DNA of 62,246 nucleotides from Deltaproteobacteria bacterium (lineage in GTDB: Bacteria > Desulfobacterota > Desulfobacteria > Desulfobacterales > JAABPS01): NCBI GenBank assembly GCA_019309685.1, contig JAFDFT010000001.1:1-62246 (forward strand), given 5' to 3'. Position 1 is the stretch's first letter; each line of letters begins with the position of its first letter. The position numbers and the translations under genes were made by a program. Shown here piece after piece: positions 11,401 through 18,053 of the stretch. The notes beneath the pieces were generated by a model. It was not told the DNA's origin and did no database searches. It saw only the letters and a list, made by a program, of their open reading frames with translations.

Positions 11401-13411
11401 CCTTTTGGCCAAGGATATCGCTAACAGCCTTCAGCTCGTCGGCAAGGACGGTAAGGTTGTCAACAACTTCTTTGCCCTTAATCTCTCTTTCTTGCCTTTT
11501 AAAGTCGGCAAGTAGTTCGGTGGGGGTTGAATCTTCTACAGGTTTGGTTATCTCTCGTATTCCGGGTGATACGGATTCTTGGTCTTCTTCGGTAGGTGAT
11601 TTCCGGGTTTGGTCCACCGGCTTGCGCTGAACAGTCTCTTGCTCATATCCTCGCTGAAGGTCAGATTCGGATCCCGGTTTAATAACCCGGACACGCCCTC
11701 GAATTTTCGGGAGTCTTTCTTCAATTTCTTGCTCAGTTTTTTTAGGTTTTCTTTCATAGCGTATTACCCCCTTAGCTTCAGTCTTAATATAATCCAATTT
11801 TTTGAATTTGTCAAACAAATTCTTGTCTAAAACCTCAGTTTTTCCTTTTTCATGTTTAAATACTTGAATAGAGTCCCGACCGTCCACATTATTATCAGAC
11901 ATTTCAAAGATAACGTTATGATTATCTTTGTATTCCTTAAACAACTGTCGAAACGTAGGAAGTGAATAATTATAGGCCTTTACAGAGGCACTCAATGGAA
12001 CTTTACGGCCAACAACTTCGCGACCTTCTGCCCGGGCTTCTTCTTCCTGGGCCATTTTACGCAATCTTACTCTAACCTGAGAAGTTTCCGCGTCAATGTC
12101 AGTAAAGCCAATGTGAGCTTCCCCACCTTGTTCAAGTACCTTTTCTATATATCCTTTTGCTTTTTCATAATTGCCTAAAAGCGAATCATAAGCTACATGG
12201 TGTCCCTTTTTTATGGCTCTATTTAAGATTACGCCTGAAATCTTTTTTGCTTCTTCGTGATATGCGACAGCTTCTTCGCCCTGGTCGTGGCCTAAATCAA
12301 CTTTTACCTGATCAGCATTAGGATCGACAAAAACTTTCAGGTCTATCCCCATATCAATAGAGCCGCTTGTTTTACCCGCACCAGGGAGCCCACCCGTTAA
12401 AACGATAGTTTGTGTTTCTCCAAGGTCTTTAGCTGTGGGCTTGCCCTTTAAGTGAAGATTAAACAGCCGTCTTTTCTCTTGCCGGGTAATTTTGACCGGT
12501 GCCAACTCGGTTGCAAGCTCTATTTCCTCGATAACAGCGTCAAGGATCTCGTTTAATTCGCCAAGTTTGGTCCGGCCAGTAACCTTTTCTATGGCTTTAA
12601 GGATAATATCTTTAAGCTGGCCCCATAGGGTTTGAGACTCATTTTTAACGCCTTTGGCTCCGATTGAATTCAACCAGTTAGCAAAGGTTTTATTGGTAAG
12701 ACCGTATGTTGCGAGCTCGTCAACTTTTGCTCTGCCGGTATCTATCTCTGTGAATATTTTTTTAACATATGTCGGGGCGGTATCAACGTGTGTTTTTAAT
12801 GTATCGTAAAATTCAACGAGGTCTTTATGGAGCGTTTCATAGGATCCGCTTTGTGTCTTGATAACGTTATTAATAAGAGCATGAATTGCCTCATGCGCGA
12901 GCGGCTGGTCAAATTTGTCGGCGGTTCTTTCTGCCTTTTCGAGTAGGCCCCTGTTAATAAATATTCTGTTCGTCCTGTTACTGTAAACTGCGATAGAAGT
13001 CGGCCTTGCCTTTATATTATTAACAACGCTGATCTTTACGTCGTATTTTTTAATGGCATTAAAAAGCGCTCCGTATTGTGTTGGAACTCCAACCTTGCCA
13101 AAAAAGGCTTCAACAAAATCTCCAACGGGAGATACAGTTTTAACCTCGTCCACCGTTTCATTGAAAGCTGTGAAAAAGTCGGCTTTCTTGACCGGCGCTA
13201 TCGGCTTGTCCGACATGTTCTTTCTGATAAACTCAATAATATCAACACGATCTTTTTGAGCCTCTGCCAGTTTTTCCCCGACAACCTTAAGCGCTGCCTT
13301 CCGATCTTCCATGCCTAATTCGACAAGATCATCGACCAGGCCGTTAATTTCGGTTCGTTCGTCCCTCGATATCTTAGCCAGTTTGAAACATTTATTAGAT
13401 ATCATCGTCAA
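2480..13411 (-). CDS. 3643-aa polyvalent protein: HExxH module, zeta-toxin-like P-loop kinase, disordered linker, N6-adenine MTase, SNF2/DEAH helicase, hydrophobic C-terminal region (DarB-like, probably virion-delivered)
   Basis: One uninterrupted ORF. Motifs: HEAIH 12881..12895; GGLPGAGKTS 12365..12394; P/G/E/D-rich linker 10802..11209; YVGWGAF; LEPAAGVGHF 10310..10339; SNFPFG 10124..10141; GVGTGKTG 8204..8227; DEAH 7727..7738; QRNGRIVR 6716..6739. Confidence 0.9.
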   Translation of the reverse strand: MTMISNKCFKLAKISRDERTEINGLVDDLVELGMEDRKAALKVVGEKLAEAQKDRVDIIEFIRKNMSDKPIAPVKKADFFTAFNETVDEVKTVSPVGDFVEAFFGKVGVPTQYGALFNAIKKYDVKISVVNNIKARPTSIAVYSNRTNRIFINRGLLEKAERTADKFDQPLAHEAIHALINNVIKTQSGSYETLHKDLVEFYDTLKTHVDTAPTYVKKIFTEIDTGRAKVDELATYGLTNKTFANWLNSIGAKGVKNESQTLWGQLKDIILKAIEKVTGRTKLGELNEILDAVIEEIELATELAPVKITRQEKRRLFNLHLKGKPTAKDLGETQTIVLTGGLPGAGKTSGSIDMGIDLKVFVDPNADQVKVDLGHDQGEEAVAYHEEAKKISGVILNRAIKKGHHVAYDSLLGNYEKAKGYIEKVLEQGGEAHIGFTDIDAETSQVRVRLRKMAQEEEARAEGREVVGRKVPLSASVKAYNYSLPTFRQLFKEYKDNHNVIFEMSDNNVDGRDSIQVFKHEKGKTEVLDKNLFDKFKKLDYIKTEAKGVIRYERKPKKTEQEIEERLPKIRGRVRVIKPGSESDLQRGYEQETVQRKPVDQTRKSPTEEDQESVSPGIREITKPVEDSTPTELLADFKRQEREIKGKEVVDNLTVLADELKAVSDILGQKGEFSTEFNPDKWEQIKPHLHKALKAAIAAGKSGSEFVKIMIDTLSLKGKVYIEKFIKEEMGKEATGGSIVEGVEGVGTVTTGIEEPEPGGIGDRESGELPGVGKPSAMATGKPPAGHPEAVSGRPGPAQTDIAPDSAEVVDTDIDTAPAGEDGTRPDRGSGVRKDSGAVGRPGKRSESTQEPGERAGTANLRDDDSLTKKEDQNHVIEAGDLMFPRGDVTKIKTNIKAIRLVKQLESENRNPTVEEKKALAQYVGWGAFAQKVFTRKYDNFLKNSSDIKKPENYFSRYGDDLKKYEEWKSKYGRHLHPRLNGLLTQEEWDSAAESTLNAHYTSRKVINSIWDIAEHFGFKGGTVLEPAAGVGHFFGLMPEAMRNNSALVGVELDTITGKILEKLYPQARIQITGFENAKGIPDNSADLVVSNFPFGKYPVYDKKHPDYSDWSIHNYFFARSIDSVRPGGLVIAITSRYTLDSTTNGNVKEYIANKADLIGAIRLPETAFKKDAGTEVVTDILIFRKKDNELQGLGKDFRITKEVKSGRAASDTVPINEYFVDHPEMVMGKHSKKGTMYGEKTYTLLPNKGDLAEQIKKAIETLPKDIAGEGSIVEEGEKEYADIGTKENILLEKDGKFRVVEDGILVEPKIYNTKGKLVKAIDNKGRESRARDYLKLKDTTIKIIDRMQQEDATDAEITKLRKQLNKDYDAFVSKNGNVGAPANSFLQKIDNDFPVVDALEDETVKQHTTKFKSGAKKGQERKVNIVSFTKSAIFAKRTIFPFREPKTADNVKDAIALSLIYKGKVNTQFIADLTGSTKEAVYKDVIDQELGYLNPENGMIETPENYLSGNVKKKLILVEQQASEKPEYKHNVKALKAVQPEELDIEFIYFKLGSSWLPNDLIQQFISTTMEVDTEVQQARTRETSAWKVSPRSRHDNAKNVNTWGTGRVKGHVLVQDALNLKRTKVYDSVQNPEGGMSKVLNAEATLAATEKQKEIQAEFLKWSKSHEKWGPDLAKIYNEEFNGYVLRTFDPPDVKYFPNASRERELRWLQKKAVARGLQESTLFSHGVGTGKTGSFVTLAMEMRRIGTARKPLIVVQNATIKQYAKSFHKLYPQARVLIPSDGQRKGKNRKKLLSQIATGDWDAVILPHSFFDGIADDAEREAAFVQEQLDEIEATVDEFEAAEGKGSLTVKQMKALKKRKQAHLEKLLNRRVDDALKFEQLGVDALLIDEAHNYKRSEFFTKMGQVKGIDQGSAQRSTSLLLKADYIRQKTGGKNIILATGTPISNTTAELWTMIRYIRPDLLEEYNATLFDDFAANFGDTTVALEETESGTFKSVERFNKYVNGPELLTMFHTASDVVLTQDAGLVLPKIKTGKPEMVVVERTNALSGFIEILRDTREHWEQLTGREKMRQRHVPLVLFGQARKAAVDLRLIDPQHYKDDPGSKLNTAIENIYQIYEDTAEDNSVQIAFLDIYQNSDKTFNAYHDIRDKLIAKGMKAKEIAIIGELKTDVQREAVFQRARDGKIRFIIGSTAKLGIGVNIQNKLIAAHHLDAPMRPMDIEQRNGRIVREKNENAEVQIFNYGVKNTLDSVMYDRLMKKQKFIDQMLNGDIDGRTFDEPLGEEQVSYAEMQAAFSGNPLLFTKNDLEIDLKNLRILKSSHERAVSSARRSVKSLKEIDIPNQKENLVRAEGVAKTIKSIFPTGKLETYTYKGEELTSKEFIKEFRKEWDNIKGKIEKSFKGISYSDYRARQKAGQDKVYFNTKVHGLDLKVTFEPLVWYNLNEVLKKPGTPITLNEDVLDDTMVELRHEGDLIIRRTTRGPGGLTTVINNSIEQRLAEPQKETDYIKELEIELAEHQTLADKKFGKGQEIADKEQQLSEIEDQLNDLSRVREDVTEEVATERQVDRDNMLKSIGLKETDIEEAETPVMETPVETPRPEPSQYYVNVRGEFETAPDNAKKVDVVPDDWTGEPIEAFISRAEDDKEWTVTEATTGQQLANGTIKKQAIDLARSKIDQAGPEKMKENIAYGMEKGGRSPWAADDLDSMIDEEDLDQDIKDLLNRHMPEAKKGLKKLKDPSHKKIHRESKGLFKYAQDRFGKGFVDKDMKWYDRTFNNPYWAGKKFWFMKDAVGVEIKAAETRSTELFNDYEGDLGELQDEYGKWSKAQKKELQDLIWKWDDRRMPKKAVPTDWNKPAEQGEDIEIDPEHYREVKAFLEKSRVNPAVIQGFITIRKKLDEKFVDIDRTMRIEDLDSSKIREYRANINKANNYFPHRRTGSGYIQIFNKEKEIVVFREHFSLTKDRILPINRKASARAEQWLKDAVAKGKLKGSVSDYRISDPGPLKELPDEVFFQIPIEGIQQVVSSAGKDLATSRVQYEADRLYNKEGKTRKEALDLARRRLTADMEDALSKAVADTFKARGWGKHGIHRKNIPGHEKEDIFGILFDYLSGYAGFKTKITRTKAHHEILVNVDAKKYPAGYKHLSKYVKDMLANQDKTDRAVDTLRGIFFVKYLGFVIKSGMVNLTQNVVMAAPMLGLHTKGAHRKLSKAMVDTRRALTSKNAWFGKEVDYKHITKNEQQALHEMVESGATMDLFLRELKGNMPGVGIGKHFKKVIDKSGIFMQVAEKFNRASTGLAAYRVGVKEKGMSHDDAVAFAKTVVYDSHFLYGKANMPTGMRGGDAQKIARAAYTFRSFSHNYLLAMRHLFFNQRGGKKAFARSLRNLFLMGGLTSLPFFKVFTDILFAAIGEDDEDALTMARKMVPDQWMKDLIVYGLPGVVGADFSGSLSIEVPKNVYDIIGVPYAAYEDSINMYKSLKSGNYYRAAAETPFTPLSVRNAMRGLELYTIGHRTRSGRDINAVGKAGPRKITTKEFVQKSFVGLQPTSVSKGFASYRATKKMQTSISEKRRSFADRFVNALRREDYKATQAIMQEIAKWNEKAAKVNRPHRIIDIEGMIESRMKPGFNNIPENQRWKALEIQKQWE

Positions 13412-13625
13412 ATATTCCCGCGATAAAAGATTGAATTATAGTTTCAAGCATTTCCACATCTTCCCGGAGGATCTTTGCCTTTTCCGCAAGATAGGCCCCG
13501 CCGTCTTTGGCTGTCTTTTTAACGGCCTCAACTATTCCGCCCAACGTTCCAAGGCCAAAGGCCATTTGCTTACTTGCGCTAAAGCCTAAACCCTGGCCGG
13601 GTTGCAAATTAAACACTGTTTGCAA
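13395..13625 (-). CDS. hypothetical small protein (76 aa)
   Basis: Track ORF that overlaps both neighbours by a few codons, in the same orientation as the virion block. Confidence 0.4.
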   Translation of the reverse strand: MQTVFNLQPGQGLGFSASKQMAFGLGTLGGIVEAVKKTAKDGGAYLAEKAKILREDVEMLETIIQSFIAGIFDDDI

Positions 13626-14217
13626 GCTCCTGGGCCAAAATGCCCGCCGTTAAGTCTGAGATATCGGCGCCGTCTTTATCCTTCATTTCTTTGTTTAAAA
13701 TGGGCGTTATATCGTCTGCAGGATCATAAATAATCAGCTCCCATGTAGATCCGTTTTTAACCAGAGCCTTTTTGCCGTCAATTACATCTTTCAGGTAATC
13801 GGTATCTAAAACCATTAGTTGATCATGTTCCTCTGTGGTCAGCCCGCTGCCGACGGAAATAGTCTGCTTACCTACTGAATTGTTGCTTAATATGCTAATC
13901 CCGTTTGACGGGATATAAACATCAATCAAGTTGTTATCGTAGTCAGTTAGAATCACATTATAATTATTGCCTGTAAAATCAAACGTGTATCCGTTTATAA
14001 TTTCCACGGACGGCGTTTTCGCTATCCCGGATAATGTGACAGTCTCGTACCAATTAGCTATTCGTAAGGCCCATAGCCCATCCGTGAACGACCACTCCAA
14101 ACGCCTGAGTTCTTTGTGTACGTCCACCAGGCTAAGGGCATAATTATTACCACTCAAAAAAGCTAAATCGCTTTGAGGAATGGTAAATATCTTAGATACC
14201 CAATCAACTGAGTACAT
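13609..14217 (-). CDS. hypothetical virion/tail-module protein (202 aa)
   Basis: Track ORF coupled to the upstream gene (shared base 14217). No motif recognised. Confidence 0.5.
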   Translation of the reverse strand: MYSVDWVSKIFTIPQSDLAFLSGNNYALSLVDVHKELRRLEWSFTDGLWALRIANWYETVTLSGIAKTPSVEIINGYTFDFTGNNYNVILTDYDNNLIDVYIPSNGISILSNNSVGKQTISVGSGLTTEEHDQLMVLDTDYLKDVIDGKKALVKNGSTWELIIYDPADDITPILNKEMKDKDGADISDLTAGILAQELANSV

Positions 14218-15959
14218 TAAACCTCGGCTTCCATCGTGCCAGAGAAGCTAAACCCTCCGGATCCAATCGTTCCAGATATAGCGATAAACTTATCAACCCC
14301 GGAAGCATCACCGTGGCGAATCCAGCCAACAACATCAATATCAGACGAATACACCAGGGAGTTTGAAAGCGATTTTGTGGTCCCGCCGCCTGTCATTGCG
14401 TCATAAAAGATGCAGTGAAAGCCTGGATCGCTTGCGACAATTGCATCATCAGTAACAGTTCCAACTAAATTGAATGTATCGGTACCGGAAGACCATGAAT
14501 CATACTCATAAAACTTATAGGTCGAGGTCCCATCTTTCAGTACGCCGAACCATCCTGTTTGTGGAGTATCCGGCGAAATGGTTTCATTAACCCGAATTAC
14601 TGCCGAGGTAACAATCTCACCGACACAGGTATAAACCGTATAGTCTGGCGCATTAAGAACAGCATCTTTAGGCGCAAGAAGTACATGCAGGGTGTCCGCT
14701 GCGTCCAGAGCCTCAACGGTCCCCTGTATGGCCACATTGTTTGGAGGCGTAACCGTATTACCGTCTAAATCTTTAAATGAATCTACCGAGCCGATCTCGT
14801 TAGAGTCAAAACCGATACCATACGCACCGATCCAGGCACCTGTAAACTGAGCCAGGTGATTAGGGTTGGTAGTAAGTTTAACAGCATCGGCGTCAAGTAC
14901 CGCTGTGGCTGAACCGTTACCGGTGATGGTTAAACCGCTGGCAGGGGGCACCCCTGTATTCAAGTGCAGAATATAACGAGCCGTAGAGCCACCCGCTAAG
15001 GCGTCAACGCCAACTAAGTTGCCAGTACCCGCCGTTGCGCCTGTACCCCAGGAGCATGTTTCATTTTGAACGTGGGTGCCTGCACCCGACACAATCGAAC
15101 AGTCATAAACGCGCCCGGTCCATAAATCTCCATCGACGCCATAGAGTGTGTCAGTGGATCCGTCAACAAGGATAGCTTTAACAAACTCATATAAGGCTTT
15201 TTTAGATGATTGCGGAGAATACGACCACTCGCCCAAAAAGGGCTTGTTCCCGTTTCCGTCAAGATCAAGGAGGTTGTACCCTTCTGATTTAGAAATCCCG
15301 TATGCCTGTACGGTACCTAATACAGTGGTATTTTGTGGATCATCTTCTGTAATAATAGAGGCAACCGATTCACCTAAAGCCAGCCCTGTTTCCCACACTG
15401 CGTAAGTTTCCAGCCAGGTAGAGGCTTTAACATTAATCAATAAATTATCAATATCCACACCCGTATCGCGGCCCTTAACCATGATACGCAATAGAATATT
15501 AGAGGCCGTTTGATTCTTGCCTGTACCCCAATGTGAAGTCAGCTCGACATTATCCTGGATGATTTTCAGCGGGATGGGTGTCGAATTAGAACCGTAAACA
15601 ATTACACCGTAATAGATATCATCGCCGTCATTTTGGGACACTGAGCCGCCGAAATGCTGCTCCATGACCGTATCCGTCACCGTGTAGTTGATACCATAGT
15701 CGGTCGTGTGATCGTTCAGTGTAACAATCTTGCCCAACGCTTCTTCCTTTGACGGGTTAGGGAAAGACAGGTTGACTTCATCATCACCGGAAATTATAAA
15801 ATCCCAAGCCAGCTTTTGCAAAGCTCGGTTGATCCACTTAACGTGAAACGTATGAGTCCCTGTAACAAAGGTTATCGCCCCCGATGCTGCCACTTTGTAT
15901 TGTGCGAGCCAGGCTGCGATTGCTGTTGCGCTGTCAGCATCAGTATCATAAATAGACAT
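14217..15959 (-). CDS. tail fiber / receptor-binding-like protein (580 aa)
   Basis: G/T/S/N/D-rich beta-type composition, located in the tail block. No enzymatic motif seen. Confidence 0.5.
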   Translation of the reverse strand: MSIYDTDADSATAIAAWLAQYKVAASGAITFVTGTHTFHVKWINRALQKLAWDFIISGDDEVNLSFPNPSKEEALGKIVTLNDHTTDYGINYTVTDTVMEQHFGGSVSQNDGDDIYYGVIVYGSNSTPIPLKIIQDNVELTSHWGTGKNQTASNILLRIMVKGRDTGVDIDNLLINVKASTWLETYAVWETGLALGESVASIITEDDPQNTTVLGTVQAYGISKSEGYNLLDLDGNGNKPFLGEWSYSPQSSKKALYEFVKAILVDGSTDTLYGVDGDLWTGRVYDCSIVSGAGTHVQNETCSWGTGATAGTGNLVGVDALAGGSTARYILHLNTGVPPASGLTITGNGSATAVLDADAVKLTTNPNHLAQFTGAWIGAYGIGFDSNEIGSVDSFKDLDGNTVTPPNNVAIQGTVEALDAADTLHVLLAPKDAVLNAPDYTVYTCVGEIVTSAVIRVNETISPDTPQTGWFGVLKDGTSTYKFYEYDSWSSGTDTFNLVGTVTDDAIVASDPGFHCIFYDAMTGGGTTKSLSNSLVYSSDIDVVGWIRHGDASGVDKFIAISGTIGSGGFSFSGTMEAEV

Positions 15960-15973
15960 TTAATTCTCCTTTT

Positions 15974-17644
15974 CTAAATTGGTTTTAATCTTATTGTTAA
16001 ACTGAACCCTGAAGATGTTATCTCGCCACTAAAATTCTGCTGCACAAAATCAGGAGCCGATATATTAAATTCTCTTGCCCATCCGACTATATCAACGGGC
16101 GTCGCGCCGCTGTATGTTGTTGCCGCTATCCCACTGGCATTGCAGGCTATACTTAATATAGGGCTCTTGTCTGAGTCTAACATTACGCGCACTCGACAAG
16201 TTGTGCCAATCGGTAGCCCCGTATCATCATTAAGCACCGTTACGGATACCGGGACAGCTCCGACGAATAAAGTATCTGCATTTGTCCCTGTGTTATTGGC
16301 TGTTGACGGGTTCGATTCGTTGGCTTTATTAAGAACTAACACTTCGGTCGCTGTTCCTGTTCCCCCTGCATCTGTGCCTGTTGCTACGAACTTTGTCCCT
16401 ATATTATTGTCGGCTGCTCCAATCGTGGTGAAATCTGAGCCGCTTACTGTTAAAATCTTATATCCTCGATCAATGACAAAATTGGTATCTGTAATTGTTG
16501 CAGCATTGTCGGAGTTTAAAACGTCATAATCGTTATTGTCAAAAGTGTCACCATCTGAGCCATAAGAACCAACGGCGTCATATTCAATCGCCGCTGGATC
16601 GTTTGTGACGTCGGTATTGTTTACATAGATATTATTTTTAAAGTTGGTTACTACCGCCGGGGCAAGTACAGCCGCTAAGGTCCCGGTATAACCACCAATA
16701 GTATTGTTTTGAAAAATAGATAGTCCTGGTGTTATTTGCCCGCAATTATTAAAGACATTACTTGTTATATTTTCGCCTGCCGCAAATATAGCAGAGCTGG
16801 CCTTTTCGAATTGAACGCCTGTTAAATCAAAACTGTTAAGGTTCGTGTCGCTGGCATCGATGAAGAAGTCCTGCGCTGCTGCTGCTCCATAAGAGCCACC
16901 AGCTATATCGATATTACAGGCACTTCCCTCGAAAGTAACGCCATACAGGGTTGAATTAACAGGCAAATCTTTAAACTGGACTTTTTGCCCGGACGCAAAA
17001 TATGTTGTAGTTGCGCCGTTACCGACTATGACGGCCCCTGCGAAAAAATATATATCGTCTATTCTTGTTACAATCCCAAAGGCATCAACCAAATCAAGAT
17101 CCGCAACATGACTCCAATCAATGTCGTCCCCACTTGTGCCGCCTGTGACAGTGTACCCGTCGCCATAGGTCCACGCATCTAACCATAAATTAGTCGCGTT
17201 TTTGGGCCGGGTATGAACATTCATTCTGATACCGATTCTTGTGATAGTCGAATGAACGGCTCCATTATCTTCTGTGGGTGTCGAGGTAGTATCAACAACA
17301 AATTGTTTCCATCCACCGCCGTAAGTATCTGCGCCGCCCACTGTCCAATAGTCCTCGTTAGTTCCATCAGAGACAAAAATCTGTATCCCGTCAAGAGCTT
17401 CACTCTGTAAATACGCAGTTATGGTGTTGTTCATCCAGAGTCTTAGATGTTCCCCGCCCGACAAATCCCAGGAACCATCAACCCATACCTCTTGTGAGGC
17501 GCTGGGAGTGAAAATGCAGGCAACGGAATTGTCGCCCTGGACCTTATTATCCGCCTCTAAAACGAACGTGTCACCGTCCCACTGTGCGGTTGATTCAGCG
17601 TTATCGATAACCGTAGGCTTATTTGTCAATACTGCTATGGCCAT
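15974..17644 (-). CDS. tailspike-like protein with probable right-handed beta-helix (556 aa)
   Basis: Recurrent N-rich rung-like motifs: VFNNCGQI, FQNNTIGG, FKNNIYVNN. Confidence 0.5.
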   Translation of the reverse strand: MAIAVLTNKPTVIDNAESTAQWDGDTFVLEADNKVQGDNSVACIFTPSASQEVWVDGSWDLSGGEHLRLWMNNTITAYLQSEALDGIQIFVSDGTNEDYWTVGGADTYGGGWKQFVVDTTSTPTEDNGAVHSTITRIGIRMNVHTRPKNATNLWLDAWTYGDGYTVTGGTSGDDIDWSHVADLDLVDAFGIVTRIDDIYFFAGAVIVGNGATTTYFASGQKVQFKDLPVNSTLYGVTFEGSACNIDIAGGSYGAAAAQDFFIDASDTNLNSFDLTGVQFEKASSAIFAAGENITSNVFNNCGQITPGLSIFQNNTIGGYTGTLAAVLAPAVVTNFKNNIYVNNTDVTNDPAAIEYDAVGSYGSDGDTFDNNDYDVLNSDNAATITDTNFVIDRGYKILTVSGSDFTTIGAADNNIGTKFVATGTDAGGTGTATEVLVLNKANESNPSTANNTGTNADTLFVGAVPVSVTVLNDDTGLPIGTTCRVRVMLDSDKSPILSIACNASGIAATTYSGATPVDIVGWAREFNISAPDFVQQNFSGEITSSGFSLTIRLKPI

Positions 17645-17648
17645 TTAT

Positions 17649-18053
17649 TTATAATTCCTCAACCACAATCTGTTTAATGTAATTATACCTATCCCTGATT
17701 GTGGTAAATCTCCATTTGCGCTTTTTAGGGTTTCCAACTGCTACCGGCGCCAATTGCGTTACCGGTTCCGGAGTTTTATTTAGATCTTCCTGTATGGCCT
17801 GTACGATCTGTGCAACCGTAGCGGTTGATTCAGACATTTTATCTGCTGAAACTGCGAGGCTTTGGGCCATATCTATTACAACGTTTGCAGACTTCAACAT
17901 AACGCCCGATGTCAGGTCCGGCTTTTTCTCCTGGACTATAACCGGCTTTTTCGGTTTTGTTTTTATGCTGCTCTTATTCCTTGTTACTTCAAGGCCTTTC
18001 TTTTCAACCTTCTTCTTAAGAGCCGCTTGCGACATTCGTTTCATTAAATACAA
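17649..18053 (-). CDS. hypothetical basic protein (134 aa)
   Basis: Track ORF that overlaps the end of the upstream gene by 10 nt. Confidence 0.5.
   Translation of the reverse strand: MYLMKRMSQAALKKKVEKKGLEVTRNKSSIKTKPKKPVIVQEKKPDLTSGVMLKSANVVIDMAQSLAVSADKMSESTATVAQIVQAIQEDLNKTPEPVTQLAPVAVGNPKKRKWRFTTIRDRYNYIKQIVVEEL

Noticed and set aside
2480-13411. Considered whether the giant ORF is an N4-like virion RNA polymerase, given the N4-type capsid.
   Set aside because: The recognisable motifs are MTase, SNF2 helicase, zeta-like P-loop and HExxH. I see no single-subunit RNAP-like motifs, and the architecture fits DarB/polyvalent proteins instead.
2489-13589. Dozens of 60-130-aa plus-strand ORFs in the track inside the 3643-aa gene (for example 6608..6994 and 7299..7628).
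   Set aside because: These are antisense shadows of a long, clearly coding minus-strand ORF. They have hydrophobic or low-complexity junk composition and no ribosome-binding sites.
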